From positions 128,001 through 192,000 of the forward strand of contig JBJKYD010000009.1 of the NCBI GenBank assembly GCA_045561295.1: a stretch of 64,000 nucleotides of DNA, read 5' to 3'. Positions 20,029 through 29,732 of this stretch are shown one piece after another. How positions within the stretch are numbered: position 1 is the stretch's first letter; every line of letters starts with the position of its first letter. The notes under the pieces are model-generated. The model was not told where the DNA came from. It saw nothing but the letters and a program-made list of their open reading frames with translations, and did no database searches. Origin of the DNA: Gammaproteobacteria bacterium. Lineage in GTDB: Bacteria > Pseudomonadota > Gammaproteobacteria > GCA-002705445 > GCA-002716945. The translations under genes and the position numbers were made by a program.

Positions 20029-20299
20029 AGTAGACATAAACATACTAGGACAAGATATTTCGGTTATGTGTACCGAGGAAGAAAAAGAAATTCTTCTAAA
20101 GTCACGCGATCGGATAGTTAATGAAGCAGAAAAAGTAAAATCTCAAACAAAAAATGTAGGACATGATTATTTTTTAATATTAGTACTACTTAATATAGCT
20201 GGCTCAGATATTAAAAATGAGATGAAAATAGATGATCTTAAGTCTATAGAAATCGAATTAGACAACATCAATCAAAACCTTAATGAAGCACTTAAATGA
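20015..20299 (+). CDS. zapA: Cell division protein ZapA
   Basis: VDINILGQDISVMCTEEEKEIL, LLNIA; synteny. Confidence 0.85.
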   Translation: MEKTKVDINILGQDISVMCTEEEKEILLKSRDRIVNEAEKVKSQTKNVGHDYFLILVLLNIAGSDIKNEMKIDDLKSIEIELDNINQNLNEALK

Positions 20300-20751
20300 A
20301 CTTTTGGTTAATGAAGAATGAGCCAGAAGATTATGATATAGATGATCTGGCACGTGATAAGACTGAACCATGGGATGGTATAAGAAACTACCAAGTTCGA
20401 AATATGATAAGAGATGAAATGCGCATTGGTGATAATGCCTTTTTCTATCATTCAAATTGCGAAACACCCGGAATATATGGCCAAATGACAATATGTAAAG
20501 AGGCATATGCTGATCATACTGCTTTTAATAAAAAAGCAAAATATTATGATCCAAAAAGTAAAAAAGATGCACCAACATGGTTAATGGTAGATGTAAAGTT
20601 TAAAAAAAAATTTAAAAAAATAGTAACACTTAAAGATTTAAAATCTTATAAAGAATTATCTAAAATGCGAGTTGTCCAACGAGGTAATAGATTATCAATA
20701 ACAAAATTAGAAAAAACAGAGTGGGATTTTATAATTAAGTTAACAAAATAA
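20296..20751 (+). CDS. EVE domain protein
   Basis: WLMKNEP, WDGIRNYQVRN, FFYHSN, NRLSI. Confidence 0.95.
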   Translation: MNFWLMKNEPEDYDIDDLARDKTEPWDGIRNYQVRNMIRDEMRIGDNAFFYHSNCETPGIYGQMTICKEAYADHTAFNKKAKYYDPKSKKDAPTWLMVDVKFKKKFKKIVTLKDLKSYKELSKMRVVQRGNRLSITKLEKTEWDFIIKLTK

Positions 20752-20845
20752 AAAATATTTATTTAAATATTTCTCAAATTTTTACTTGTTTTATGTAATG
20801 TTTTTACTAAACTAATAATTAACCACCAATACCGCGGAGGAATGT

Positions 20846-21136
20846 ATGGTTAAAAAGAAAGCAAAAGCTAAAAGAAAAACTAAAGTAGCTAAGCGTAAAG
20901 TTGCTAAGAAAAAAGTAACAACTACACGTAAAAAAGTTGCTAAGCGTAAAGTAGCTAAGAAGAAAACTGCTAAGCGTAAAGTAGCTAAGAAGAAAACTGC
21001 TAAGCGTAAAGTAGCTAAGAAGAAAACTGCTAAGCGTAAAGTAGCTAAGAAAAAAGCTAAGAAAAAAGTAGCTAAGAAGAAAACTGCTAAGCGTAAAGTA
21101 GCTAAGAAAAAGACTGCTAAGCGTAAAAGACGTTAA
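20846..21136 (+). CDS. Histone H1-like / Hc2-like basic tandem-repeat DNA-binding protein
   Basis: 58 of 96 residues K/R; repeats of TAKRKVAKKK; RBS GGAGG; promoter-like TTGTTT-16-TAAACT at 20786-20813; own terminator. Confidence 0.88.
   Translation: MVKKKAKAKRKTKVAKRKVAKKKVTTTRKKVAKRKVAKKKTAKRKVAKKKTAKRKVAKKKTAKRKVAKKKAKKKVAKKKTAKRKVAKKKTAKRKRR
20886..21126 (+). repeat. Coding tandem repeat, 30-nt unit GCTAAGCGTAAAGTAGCTAAGAAGAAAACT (15-nt sub-period)
   Basis: Three perfect copies at 20939-21028 plus a partial copy and degenerate flanking copies. Confidence 0.95.
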
Positions 21137-21154
21137 TTCTTCATAGAAGTATGG

Positions 21155-21182
21155 AAAAGGCCCTTATCACAGGGCCTTTTTT
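21155..21182. terminator. Bidirectional intrinsic terminator between the H1-like gene and ilvA
   Basis: AAAAGGCCCT-tatcac-AGGGCCTTTT(TT) perfect hairpin. Confidence 0.9.
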
Positions 21183-22701
21183 ATTTCAAAAACTGCCTGT
21201 AAGCTACATTGCCTGATTCATTGTAGAATTCATATTTAAGTGAGCTAAAATGCCTTTCAAGGCTAGCTAAATCGTTTTCTTCGACCTGTAATCCAATCAA
21301 TACTCTTCCAAAGTCTGCTCCATGGTTTCTATAGTGAAACAGACTAATATTCCACTTTGAGCCTATAGCGTTAAGAAAGTTCAGTAACTCGCCAGGTATT
21401 TCAGGAAACATGAATCTATAGATTCTCTCGTTCTTTGCATTGTTGCTTGTTCCACCTACCATGTATCTTATGTGTAGTTTAGCCATCTCGTTGTCTGTAA
21501 GGTCATAACATTTATATTTTGATTTTTTTAACTTTGAAATGATATCTTTTCGCTCTTCATATCCTTTTGTTGTCCTAACTCCAACAAATACCTGCGCGCT
21601 TTTTTCACTTGAATAGCGATAATTGAATTCTGTAATCGATCTCTTTCCGATAATCGAGCAGAATTTTTTGAAACTTCCAGGTTTTTCATCAATAGTTACG
21701 CCCAATATTACTTCCGCACTTTCACCAATATCTGCTCTTTCAGATACGTGCCCAAGCCTGTCAAAATTCATATTAGCTCCGCATAATATCGTAGCTATGT
21801 TTTTATTTTTGATATTATGGGTGGATATGTATTTTTTCATACCAGCTACTGATAAAGCACCTGCTGGTTCTGCTATTACTCGTGTTTCATCGTATAGTTC
21901 TTTAATACTTGAGCAAATTTCATCTGTTGTTACCGTAAGCGTATAGTCAATAATATTTTTTGTAAGTTTAAATGTTTTTAGACCTATCTTTTTTACTGCC
22001 ACCCCATCGGCAAATATACCAACATGTTTCAAAGATGTTGGTTTTCCAAATTGACATGCAAGATTAAAACATGCTGAATCCTCTGCTTCTACAGCAACTA
22101 TTTTTATTTTTGGATTGATTGTTTTTAAGTACACGCTTATACCAGCTAAAAGTCCGCCTCCGCCTACAGGAATAAAAATGTAATCAGGATGCTCTTTTAA
22201 TTGTTCAAGTATTTCAATTCCAATAGTTCCTTGACCAGCAATAACGTCAATATCATCATAAGGATGAACAAAATTGTAGTTGTTTTTTTTAGAAAATTTA
22301 ATGGCATATTGATAGGCTTCGTCATATGTATCGCCATAAAGTATTACCTTCGAGCCATATTTCTTAACAGCATTAACTTTGATGGATGGAGTTGTTGATG
22401 GCATTACAATAGAGGATGGAATTTTCAGTTTTTTACATGTCATAGCAACGCCTTGTGCATGGTTACCTGCTGATGCTGCAATAATGTGTTTCGGGTTTTT
22501 AATTTTAGAAATTTTATTATATGCACCTCGTAACTTGAATGAAAAGACTGGTTGTAAATCTTCACGTTTAATATAAATTTTGTTTTTTAGTTTTGATGAC
22601 AATTTAGGTGCAAACTGCATCGGGCTCTTAATAGCAATATCATAGACTGATGATGCGTCTAATATTTTTTTGTAACAATTTTTTCTATAGTTATCGCTCA
22701 T
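21181..22701 (-). CDS. ilvA: Threonine dehydratase, biosynthetic
   Basis: KREDLQPVFSFKLRGA, SAGNHAQG, ISLFHYRNHG. Confidence 0.98.
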   Translation of the reverse strand: MSDNYRKNCYKKILDASSVYDIAIKSPMQFAPKLSSKLKNKIYIKREDLQPVFSFKLRGAYNKISKIKNPKHIIAASAGNHAQGVAMTCKKLKIPSSIVMPSTTPSIKVNAVKKYGSKVILYGDTYDEAYQYAIKFSKKNNYNFVHPYDDIDVIAGQGTIGIEILEQLKEHPDYIFIPVGGGGLLAGISVYLKTINPKIKIVAVEAEDSACFNLACQFGKPTSLKHVGIFADGVAVKKIGLKTFKLTKNIIDYTLTVTTDEICSSIKELYDETRVIAEPAGALSVAGMKKYISTHNIKNKNIATILCGANMNFDRLGHVSERADIGESAEVILGVTIDEKPGSFKKFCSIIGKRSITEFNYRYSSEKSAQVFVGVRTTKGYEERKDIISKLKKSKYKCYDLTDNEMAKLHIRYMVGGTSNNAKNERIYRFMFPEIPGELLNFLNAIGSKWNISLFHYRNHGADFGRVLIGLQVEENDLASLERHFSSLKYEFYNESGNVAYRQFLK

Positions 22702-22748
22702 TTGCAGTATTCTTATAGTGTATACTATAAAAATAATATTTTTTCAAA

Positions 22749-23414
22749 ATGGATCAAAATTCTAAGAAACGTAAAGTAGCGGAATCAGTCCTCGATCTAA
22801 TCGAAAATGGTGAGATACTGGGTATTGGCTCTGGGTCGACAGTTAATATTCTTATTGAATATCTTCCTAAAGTTAAAAATAAAATACAAGATATAGTCTC
22901 GAGTTCAGTTAAGTCCACGGAACTATTAAAAGCTAATGGATTCGATGTAAATGAGCTCCGTGCTGTAGGAAAGTTATCAAAATATATTGATGGTGCTGAT
23001 GAAGTTAATAAATATCTTCATATGATTAAAGGTGGTGGTGGTGCATTAACAAGGGAAAAAATACTCGCTCATAACTCTGAGAAGTTTATTTGCATTGTAG
23101 ATGAATCAAAAAAAGTTGATACCCTAGGGAAATTTCCATTGCCTGTGGAGGTAATACCATTAGCACAAAGTGCTATAGCACTGGAACTTATAAAAATTGG
23201 TGGTAGACCTGTTTTGAGAGAGGGATTTACCACAGACAACGGTAATATTATTTTAGATGTCCATAATTTAGAAATATCACAACCCTTAGCTTTAGAATCA
23301 AAAATAAACAATATCCCGGGAGTTATTACAAATGGAATATTTGCTATGGATCATGCCCACTTACTATTAAGTGCAGGTGATAACCAAGTTGAAATTACTG
23401 AACCTATCGTTTAG
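22749..23414 (+). CDS. rpiA: Ribose-5-phosphate isomerase A
   Basis: GIGSGST, DGADE, IKGGGGALTREK. Confidence 0.98.
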   Translation: MDQNSKKRKVAESVLDLIENGEILGIGSGSTVNILIEYLPKVKNKIQDIVSSSVKSTELLKANGFDVNELRAVGKLSKYIDGADEVNKYLHMIKGGGGALTREKILAHNSEKFICIVDESKKVDTLGKFPLPVEVIPLAQSAIALELIKIGGRPVLREGFTTDNGNIILDVHNLEISQPLALESKINNIPGVITNGIFAMDHAHLLLSAGDNQVEITEPIV

Positions 23415-23790
23415 AGAACTGGGTAGCTTTTCTTGCTTTTCGTAAGCCAACTTTTTTACGTTCTACTTTACGATCATCTCTAGTCAAGAAACCTTCTCTT
23501 TTAAGAGTAGGTAATAAATCATTTTGATATTTTACCAACGCTCTTGTCAGACCATGAACAATAGCCCCTACTTGCCCGCTTTTTCCGCCGCCAACTACAG
23601 AGATATTTAAGTTAACTTTATCCTGCATTTGTGTTTTGGCAAGGGGTGCCAGTAAATTTGCAGTTAGCGTTGCAGATTTTGTAAATTCATCTACTCCCTG
23701 TGAATTAATTTTAATTTCTCCAGTTCCGCTATTTAGATAAACTCTAGCGCTTGATGTTTTTCTTCTACCTGTACCGTATGTTTTATGCAT
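23404..23790 (-). CDS. rpsI: 30S ribosomal protein S9
   Basis: YGTGRRK, ERKKVGLRKARKATQFSKR. Confidence 0.98.
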   Translation of the reverse strand: MHKTYGTGRRKTSSARVYLNSGTGEIKINSQGVDEFTKSATLTANLLAPLAKTQMQDKVNLNISVVGGGKSGQVGAIVHGLTRALVKYQNDLLPTLKREGFLTRDDRKVERKKVGLRKARKATQFSKR

Positions 23791-23797
23791 AGTTCCT

Positions 23798-24211
23798 TTA
23801 AACCTCTAAAGCTGTCGGTTTTTGTGCCCCATGCCCATGGGTGTCACTTTCGTAGATTTTGAGTTTTTTAATCATTGATCTACCTAGTGGATTCTTTGGT
23901 AGCATTCCTTTAACAGCATTCTTTATTACAAAGTCAGGCTTTTTATCAAGCATTTTACCTAGCGGCGTTTCTTTCATGTTGCCTATATAGCCAGTATGCT
24001 TGTAATAAATTTTATCTGATAGCTTATTGCCTGTAACTTTTATTTTTTTTGCATTGATCACAATAATGTAGTCTCCCTCATCGGTATGTGGCTGATATTG
24101 GGGTTTATGTTTACCTTTTAACATATGAGCTACTTTTGACGCTAAGCGTCCTAAAACCACATCTGTGGCGTCTATTACATACCAATCTTTGTTACTATCA
24201 TTTATACTCAC
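23798..24211 (-). CDS. rplM: 50S ribosomal protein L13 (true start possibly ATG 24230 with a 1-nt indel)
   Basis: WYVIDA, LGRLAS, GKHKP, AVKGMLPKN. Confidence 0.97.
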   Translation of the reverse strand: MSINDSNKDWYVIDATDVVLGRLASKVAHMLKGKHKPQYQPHTDEGDYIIVINAKKIKVTGNKLSDKIYYKHTGYIGNMKETPLGKMLDKKPDFVIKNAVKGMLPKNPLGRSMIKKLKIYESDTHGHGAQKPTALEV

Positions 24212-24285
24212 GGATAGAGATTTTACTCATTTAACTAAATGTATACAAGTAATTATTTGAGAATATACCAAAAGGAAGCTGATAT

Positions 24286-24891
24286 ATGCCTAATATAGAT
24301 AATATACTTAAAGAGATAGATTATGCTCTTAATGTTTTATTTGAACCAGTCAAAACAGACATAAGAGATGTTGATTTAAAATCCAATGATAAAAAGGTGT
24401 CTCAAAGAGTTATGAGAGTGAATCATATGGGTGAGGTTTGTGCTCAAGCTCTTTATAGAGGCCAAGCGTATACAACTAATGATGCTTCGCAAAAGCGAAT
24501 TATTTTAGATATGTGTGAGGAAGAAAAAGAACATCTAAATATGTTAAACCTCAGAATGAATGAGCTCGAAGGGAAGACGAGTTATTTAAACACACTATGG
24601 TATTTATCTTCGTTCGCAATCGGAACATTTGTTGGCAAGTTAGAGAAAAATAAATCTTTTGGCTTTATTTACGAAACAGAAGATCAAGTTGAAGCTCATT
24701 TAGATGAATATACAGAAAAACTTCCTGATAATGATCAAAGAAGCAAAGAAATATTAAATGATATTAAAATAGATGAGACTAAACATAAAAATACTGCAAA
24801 AGATCATGGCTCGGTAGAACTCAGTGATAGTGCGAAGAAACTTATGACGATTTCTTCAAAGATTATGAAAAAGATGAGCTTTTATATCTAA
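24286..24891 (+). CDS. coq7: Demethoxyubiquinone hydroxylase (di-iron)
   Basis: MRVNHMGEVCAQALYRGQA, EEKEH, ETEDQVEAHL, DETKH. Confidence 0.95.
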   Translation: MPNIDNILKEIDYALNVLFEPVKTDIRDVDLKSNDKKVSQRVMRVNHMGEVCAQALYRGQAYTTNDASQKRIILDMCEEEKEHLNMLNLRMNELEGKTSYLNTLWYLSSFAIGTFVGKLEKNKSFGFIYETEDQVEAHLDEYTEKLPDNDQRSKEILNDIKIDETKHKNTAKDHGSVELSDSAKKLMTISSKIMKKMSFYI

Positions 24892-25535
24892 ATAAGATAG
24901 TTGTATAAATAATCATAAAGTTCACGTAATCTTATTTTTTCTTCATGTTTTACTATTTTATAATGACTAAACGATTCTGTTTGGTCATGTGCCTTTACAT
25001 TAAACTCTTTAGATTTGTTTGCTAAAAATGAGGTAATTATAGAGTGATTCTCCTGATTTTGTTCTAAATCAATTCCTCTATGAAAGAAATCTAATGTCAA
25101 TCCATCATAACTATTGAATAGTTGTTCTTCCATTAAATTATCTAGAGTAAAATAAACGCTCTTTCTGCTACATGAAGATATATGAAGCTCGAGTCTCAAA
25201 ATTATAATATTCTTTATAGAGTTCTCAAAATATGAATGAAAACTGATATGACTTTCATTTAGATGGGCAACACCAGATGATCCGAATACTGTCTCAGTAG
25301 ACTCTATGATTGAACTAAGGCTGGTTCCAGATGGTTTAAATGTATGTTTTGAAGTGTGTAATATTTTTGTCTCTAGAGTTTTTGATATATTATCTAATAT
25401 AGACATAAGATATACTGGGTTGAAGTTTTCTTCTATTTTTTTATTTACATCATATCTATTGCTCTCACTACATGAGAAACCATAATATGAATTTACAACG
25501 AGAGTTTGGCTAGTATTTGTTATATTAGGTTTCAT
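24888..25535 (-). CDS. speD: S-adenosylmethionine decarboxylase proenzyme-like (divergent)
   Basis: FKPSGTS, VAHLNE/SHISFHSY cleavage motif, ISSC, TLDFFHRG; trpC-speD-coq7 synteny. Confidence 0.7.
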   Translation of the reverse strand: MKPNITNTSQTLVVNSYYGFSCSESNRYDVNKKIEENFNPVYLMSILDNISKTLETKILHTSKHTFKPSGTSLSSIIESTETVFGSSGVAHLNESHISFHSYFENSIKNIIILRLELHISSCSRKSVYFTLDNLMEEQLFNSYDGLTLDFFHRGIDLEQNQENHSIITSFLANKSKEFNVKAHDQTESFSHYKIVKHEEKIRLRELYDYLYNYLI

Positions 25536-25917
25536 TGCTCAATGTAGGATGCCATAGTATCTGCAAAATATTACCATCTGGATCTTCTACATAAAAGCTA
25601 ATAGAATCGTCTCTGTGGACTTTTTTTTCTTTATGAATTTTTACTTGGTTATCCTTCATGTGCTTCAAATAAGTATCAATATCTTCTTTGTTTTTCACAA
25701 AAATTCCAAAATGATCTAGTCTTGAATCATCCGAATCACAAGATACATTACTGTCATAATGTAGTGCGAGATTGTCAGAGCCATTTGTTAAATAAACGTT
25801 ATTATCATCAGGTTTCCAGTCGATTGACATCCCAAGTATTTCTGTATAGAAAACAAAACATTGTTCAAAGTTTTTGACCTTTAAAGCTAAGTGTCTTATA
25901 CCTAAATTATTCCCCAT
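25525..25917 (-). CDS. VOC/glyoxalase superfamily protein
   Basis: GIRHLAL, FYTEILG, LDHFG, FYVEDPDGN. Confidence 0.9.
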   Translation of the reverse strand: MGNNLGIRHLALKVKNFEQCFVFYTEILGMSIDWKPDDNNVYLTNGSDNLALHYDSNVSCDSDDSRLDHFGIFVKNKEDIDTYLKHMKDNQVKIHKEKKVHRDDSISFYVEDPDGNILQILWHPTLSNET

Positions 25918-26686
25918 TAATCAATACTCCAAGTTCATTAGTTATGTTGTTTGATTTTATCAAATGTTCACCTACTAAAAAGGTATAAATTCCAGAACTA
26001 TTGAGTGTAATTATATCACTACTAGAACTAATTCCACTTTCACTGACAAGAACTATGTCATTATCATTTATGGTTCTTGCAAGATCTATGCTCGTATTAA
26101 TATCAACATCAAATGATTTCAGATTTCTATTATTGATACCAATAAGTTTTGAATTTTGTGATAAGGCAAAATCTAATTCGTTAATATCATGTACCTCTGT
26201 GAGAACATCTAAGTCTAGTTGGGAAGCCAATTCAAACAATTGTTTATAAGTTGATTGAGACAAAGCAGAAACTATTAACAACACACAGTCCGCTCCTAAC
26301 ATTTTACTTTCGTATATCTGAATAGGATCGAGCATAAAATCTTTTCGAAGCAAAGGGAGGTTGATGGAATTTTTAGCTTCTAATAGATCCTCATTAGATC
26401 CATTAAAGTAGTCCTTTTCTGTTAATACTGAGATACATGCAGCTCCTCCAGATTCATATTCAGAAACAGTTTTTGAAACATTTAAGTTTTCAGCCAGCAC
26501 ACCTTTGCTAGGAGATCTTCTTTTTATCTCTGCGATAATTGAATTTTTTTTATTGTTTTGATTCTTTAATAGTCTCTTATAGAAATGATTTTTTTTATTA
26601 GAATTTATATTTATACCAGATATGTCTAGTGTCTCTCTAAGCTGATTGACCTCTTTTAGTTTATTATTAATTATTTCATTTAACAT
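25907..26686 (-). CDS. trpC: Indole-3-glycerol phosphate synthase
   Basis: IAEIKRRSPSKG, LRKDF, GINNRNL, ESGI. Confidence 0.97.
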   Translation of the reverse strand: MLNEIINNKLKEVNQLRETLDISGININSNKKNHFYKRLLKNQNNKKNSIIAEIKRRSPSKGVLAENLNVSKTVSEYESGGAACISVLTEKDYFNGSNEDLLEAKNSINLPLLRKDFMLDPIQIYESKMLGADCVLLIVSALSQSTYKQLFELASQLDLDVLTEVHDINELDFALSQNSKLIGINNRNLKSFDVDINTSIDLARTINDNDIVLVSESGISSSSDIITLNSSGIYTFLVGEHLIKSNNITNELGVLINGE

Positions 26687-27707
26687 CTTTTGAAACCTGA
26701 TTTGTAAAATCTATGTATTGATTAAATTTATCTCTAACTAAATAATTCTCTAGAGCATCATTACATTCTGATAATGCATCTCTCAAACTAATCTCCTTGA
26801 ATAACATAACTAGAAGGGATGCATTTAGAAGAGATATCTTCCTAGCATCCGAATCTACGTTATTAATAACAGTATAAATAATATCAAGACTACTCCTTTC
26901 AGAGTTTGTTTTAATTTCCTCAATACTGTTGCCCCTTATTCCAAAATCTTTAGGATCTATTGAATAGCTATCAATACTATTATTTTTAATTTCTAATACA
27001 TCTGTTTCACTATAAATACTTGCCTCATCCATACCATCTCTTGAATTAATTATTAGTGCTCTTGAAGTGCCCAACTCGAGTAAAGCGTTAGCGATTAAAT
27101 GCATCACTTCATTATTATATACACCTATTAACTGAATTTTTGCATTAGCGGGGTTTGTAATAGGCCCTAACATATTAAAAATAGTTTTATCTGGAGCAAT
27201 ACTTTTTCTAGTATTTGCTACATTTTTCATAGCCTGATGATGCAAAGGGGCGAACATAAACCCAAAGTTTGTATGCTCTATACACTTACTTACATGTTCT
27301 GGAGCTAGGTCAATCTTAGCACCAGCATCATGCAGCAAGTCTGCGCTTCCTGATGAACTTGTAATGGCTTTATTACCATGTTTTGCAACTTTAACATCAC
27401 AAGCCGCAGCTATGAAAGATGCACATGTGGAGATATTAAATGTATTCAAACCATCCCCGCCGGTACCACAGCTATCAATAACCTTGTCGTTAATTTCAAC
27501 TTTTGTAGAAATTTTTCTCATTGCCCTTGCGAAACCAATTAATTCATTTGAGCAAATATTTTTTTTATTAAGTAACAAAAGAATATCTTTTATTTGATCA
27601 TCAGCTAGAAATCCTTCAAACATTTTTTCAGAGACAATGAATGCTTCATCCGTAGATAAATCTTGACTATTTTTTAGATTGTCCAATATGTTTTGAAAGC
27701 TAGACAT
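26676..27707 (-). CDS. trpD: Anthranilate phosphoribosyltransferase
   Basis: DSCGTGGDG, NIST, KHGN, GSAD. Confidence 0.97.
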   Translation of the reverse strand: MSSFQNILDNLKNSQDLSTDEAFIVSEKMFEGFLADDQIKDILLLLNKKNICSNELIGFARAMRKISTKVEINDKVIDSCGTGGDGLNTFNISTCASFIAAACDVKVAKHGNKAITSSSGSADLLHDAGAKIDLAPEHVSKCIEHTNFGFMFAPLHHQAMKNVANTRKSIAPDKTIFNMLGPITNPANAKIQLIGVYNNEVMHLIANALLELGTSRALIINSRDGMDEASIYSETDVLEIKNNSIDSYSIDPKDFGIRGNSIEEIKTNSERSSLDIIYTVINNVDSDARKISLLNASLLVMLFKEISLRDALSECNDALENYLVRDKFNQYIDFTNQVSKDVK

Positions 27708-28275
27708 CTAGAAAATTCTCGAGAAGTTTGTGTCCAGAATCTGTCAAAATTGATTCAGGGTGAAACTGGACTCCAAATAAATTATATTCCTTATGTCTTA
27801 AACCCATAATTTCAGATTCTGGTTCATCATCCTTTGTTCTAGCTGTAACCAACAGCGAATCTGGAAATGATTTTTTCTCTATGACCAATGAGTGGTACCT
27901 AGTAGCTGTGAATTCTTGAGCAATGTCTTTAAATATATAATCACCATCATGTATTATTTGAGATGTTTTACCATGCATAATTTTTTTAGCAGAGACTATG
28001 TTCCCTCCAAATACTTGTCCAATAGTCTGATGGCCCAAGCAAACTCCTAATATCGGTATAGTTTTATAATATTTCTTTACTACCTCTAATGATATACCTG
28101 CTTCATTGGGGGTGCATGGTCCAGGAGAGATGACTATCTTTTCTGGATTAAGTCTATCAATTTCGTCTAGGGTAATTTTATTATTTCTTTTTACCAATAC
28201 GTCTGCCCCTAATTCACCTAAATATTGGACTATATTAAAGGTAAAAGAGTCATAATTATCAATCATCAATATCAT
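27700..28275 (-). CDS. trpG: Anthranilate synthase component II
   Basis: IDNYDSFT, SPGP, GVCLGHQ, QFHPES. Confidence 0.95.
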   Translation of the reverse strand: MILMIDNYDSFTFNIVQYLGELGADVLVKRNNKITLDEIDRLNPEKIVISPGPCTPNEAGISLEVVKKYYKTIPILGVCLGHQTIGQVFGGNIVSAKKIMHGKTSQIIHDGDYIFKDIAQEFTATRYHSLVIEKKSFPDSLLVTARTKDDEPESEIMGLRHKEYNLFGVQFHPESILTDSGHKLLENFLDV

Positions 28276-29732
28276 ATTCGTTCTCTAAGTTTTTCCAAAG
28301 CCTTAATGATCGCCTTACCTTTATTTATAGTTTCAACCCATTCAAGCTCAGGTACAGAATCGTATACTATACCCGCGCCACATTGAATGTGAAGCTTTTC
28401 TGATTTTATAACACAAGTTCTGATAGCAATAGCGGTATCCATATTTCCATTCCATCCCAGGTAACCAATAGCACCAGCATAAATACCTCTACTTATGTTC
28501 TCAAGCTCAAATATAATTTGTAACGCTCTAATTTTAGGTGCGCCTGAAACCGTCCCCGCAGGAAAAGTTGCACGAAGCACATCAAACATAGATAAATTAG
28601 GTTTGATTTGTCCTTCTACATTTGAAACCATGTGCATGACGTGTGAATATTTTTCTATTATCATTTGGTCGGTTAAATTTATGGACCCTGTCTTACAAAT
28701 CCTACCAATATCATTCCTACCCAAATCTATAAGCATTAAATGTTCTGCTAATTCCTTTTTATCATTTAATAGGTCTATTTCATAATCTTTATCTTTTTTG
28801 TTATCATCACTCCTCGGCCTGGTGCCAGCAATAGGTCTTACTGTAATATTTTCATCCTCTAACCTTACTAAAATTTCAGGTGACGATCCTACAACCACAT
28901 AATCGCCCATATTAAGATAATACATGTATGGTGAGGGATTAATTTTCCTAAGTTCCTTATAAAATTCAATTGGCCTTTCATGAAAATCAATCGTCATTCT
29001 CTGAGATAATACGACTTGCATCACATCTCCTTGATTAATATATTCTTTAATCTTATTTACCGAAGACAAGAAATCTTTTCTTTCAAAGTCATACTTTAAA
29101 TTCATTTCATATGAAACATTTACATCTTTTGTTTTATCTGAGCTTTTGTTGAGTAATAATTCATATTCATTGAGTTTTTTTGTACTTTCTTTATATCCTT
29201 CTAATGTATTATTTGAAAAAACAACTATAAATATCTTATTATTAACTTTGTCGAATACAATGAATTCTTTACAGATGATTAATGATATATCTGGTGCATT
29301 AATATCATTTTTTTGGTCTCTTCTTATAACGCTCTCTTCAAAGTAACAAACAGATTCAAACGAAAAATGTCCCACAAGGCCCCCACAAAAAGAAGGCAGG
29401 GTTTTTGGAATAAATACCTTATAAGAGGAAAAAAAGTTTTCAATCCAATTTATAGGATTTTCATCATGATACTCACTTTCTTCTAAAAAGTTACTGTATT
29501 TTTTTATCTTATTACCAAATACTTCTAGGTAGTCTCCGGAGGAACATCCTATTATTGTATATCGGCTCCAATTTTTATCTCCTTCTAAAGATTCAAAGAA
29601 AAATGACTTTTTTTGATCAAAATGGTGACCATAAATATCAATAGCTTCTTTCTTAATTGAATCAAGTTCTTTGATCAAAGGTATCAAATTAAAACCATCT
29701 TTGACCTTATTTGAAAACTCAGTAAAGTCCAT
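28272..29732 (-). CDS. trpE: Anthranilate synthase component I
   Basis: NPSPYM, SSPEILV, PIAGTR, EHLMLIDLGRND, PAGTVSGAPK. Confidence 0.97.
   Translation of the reverse strand: MDFTEFSNKVKDGFNLIPLIKELDSIKKEAIDIYGHHFDQKKSFFFESLEGDKNWSRYTIIGCSSGDYLEVFGNKIKKYSNFLEESEYHDENPINWIENFFSSYKVFIPKTLPSFCGGLVGHFSFESVCYFEESVIRRDQKNDINAPDISLIICKEFIVFDKVNNKIFIVVFSNNTLEGYKESTKKLNEYELLLNKSSDKTKDVNVSYEMNLKYDFERKDFLSSVNKIKEYINQGDVMQVVLSQRMTIDFHERPIEFYKELRKINPSPYMYYLNMGDYVVVGSSPEILVRLEDENITVRPIAGTRPRSDDNKKDKDYEIDLLNDKKELAEHLMLIDLGRNDIGRICKTGSINLTDQMIIEKYSHVMHMVSNVEGQIKPNLSMFDVLRATFPAGTVSGAPKIRALQIIFELENISRGIYAGAIGYLGWNGNMDTAIAIRTCVIKSEKLHIQCGAGIVYDSVPELEWVETINKGKAIIKALEKLRERI

Noticed and set aside
20753-20772. 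AAATATTTA-TT-TAAATATTT palindrome upstream of the H1-like gene
   Set aside because: Pure A/T inverted repeat, expected by chance at this base composition; cannot be supported as an operator.
20886-21126. 30-nt direct repeats as a CRISPR array
   Set aside because: Repeats are contiguous with no unique spacers, in frame within a gene with RBS and terminator, and no cas genes are present.
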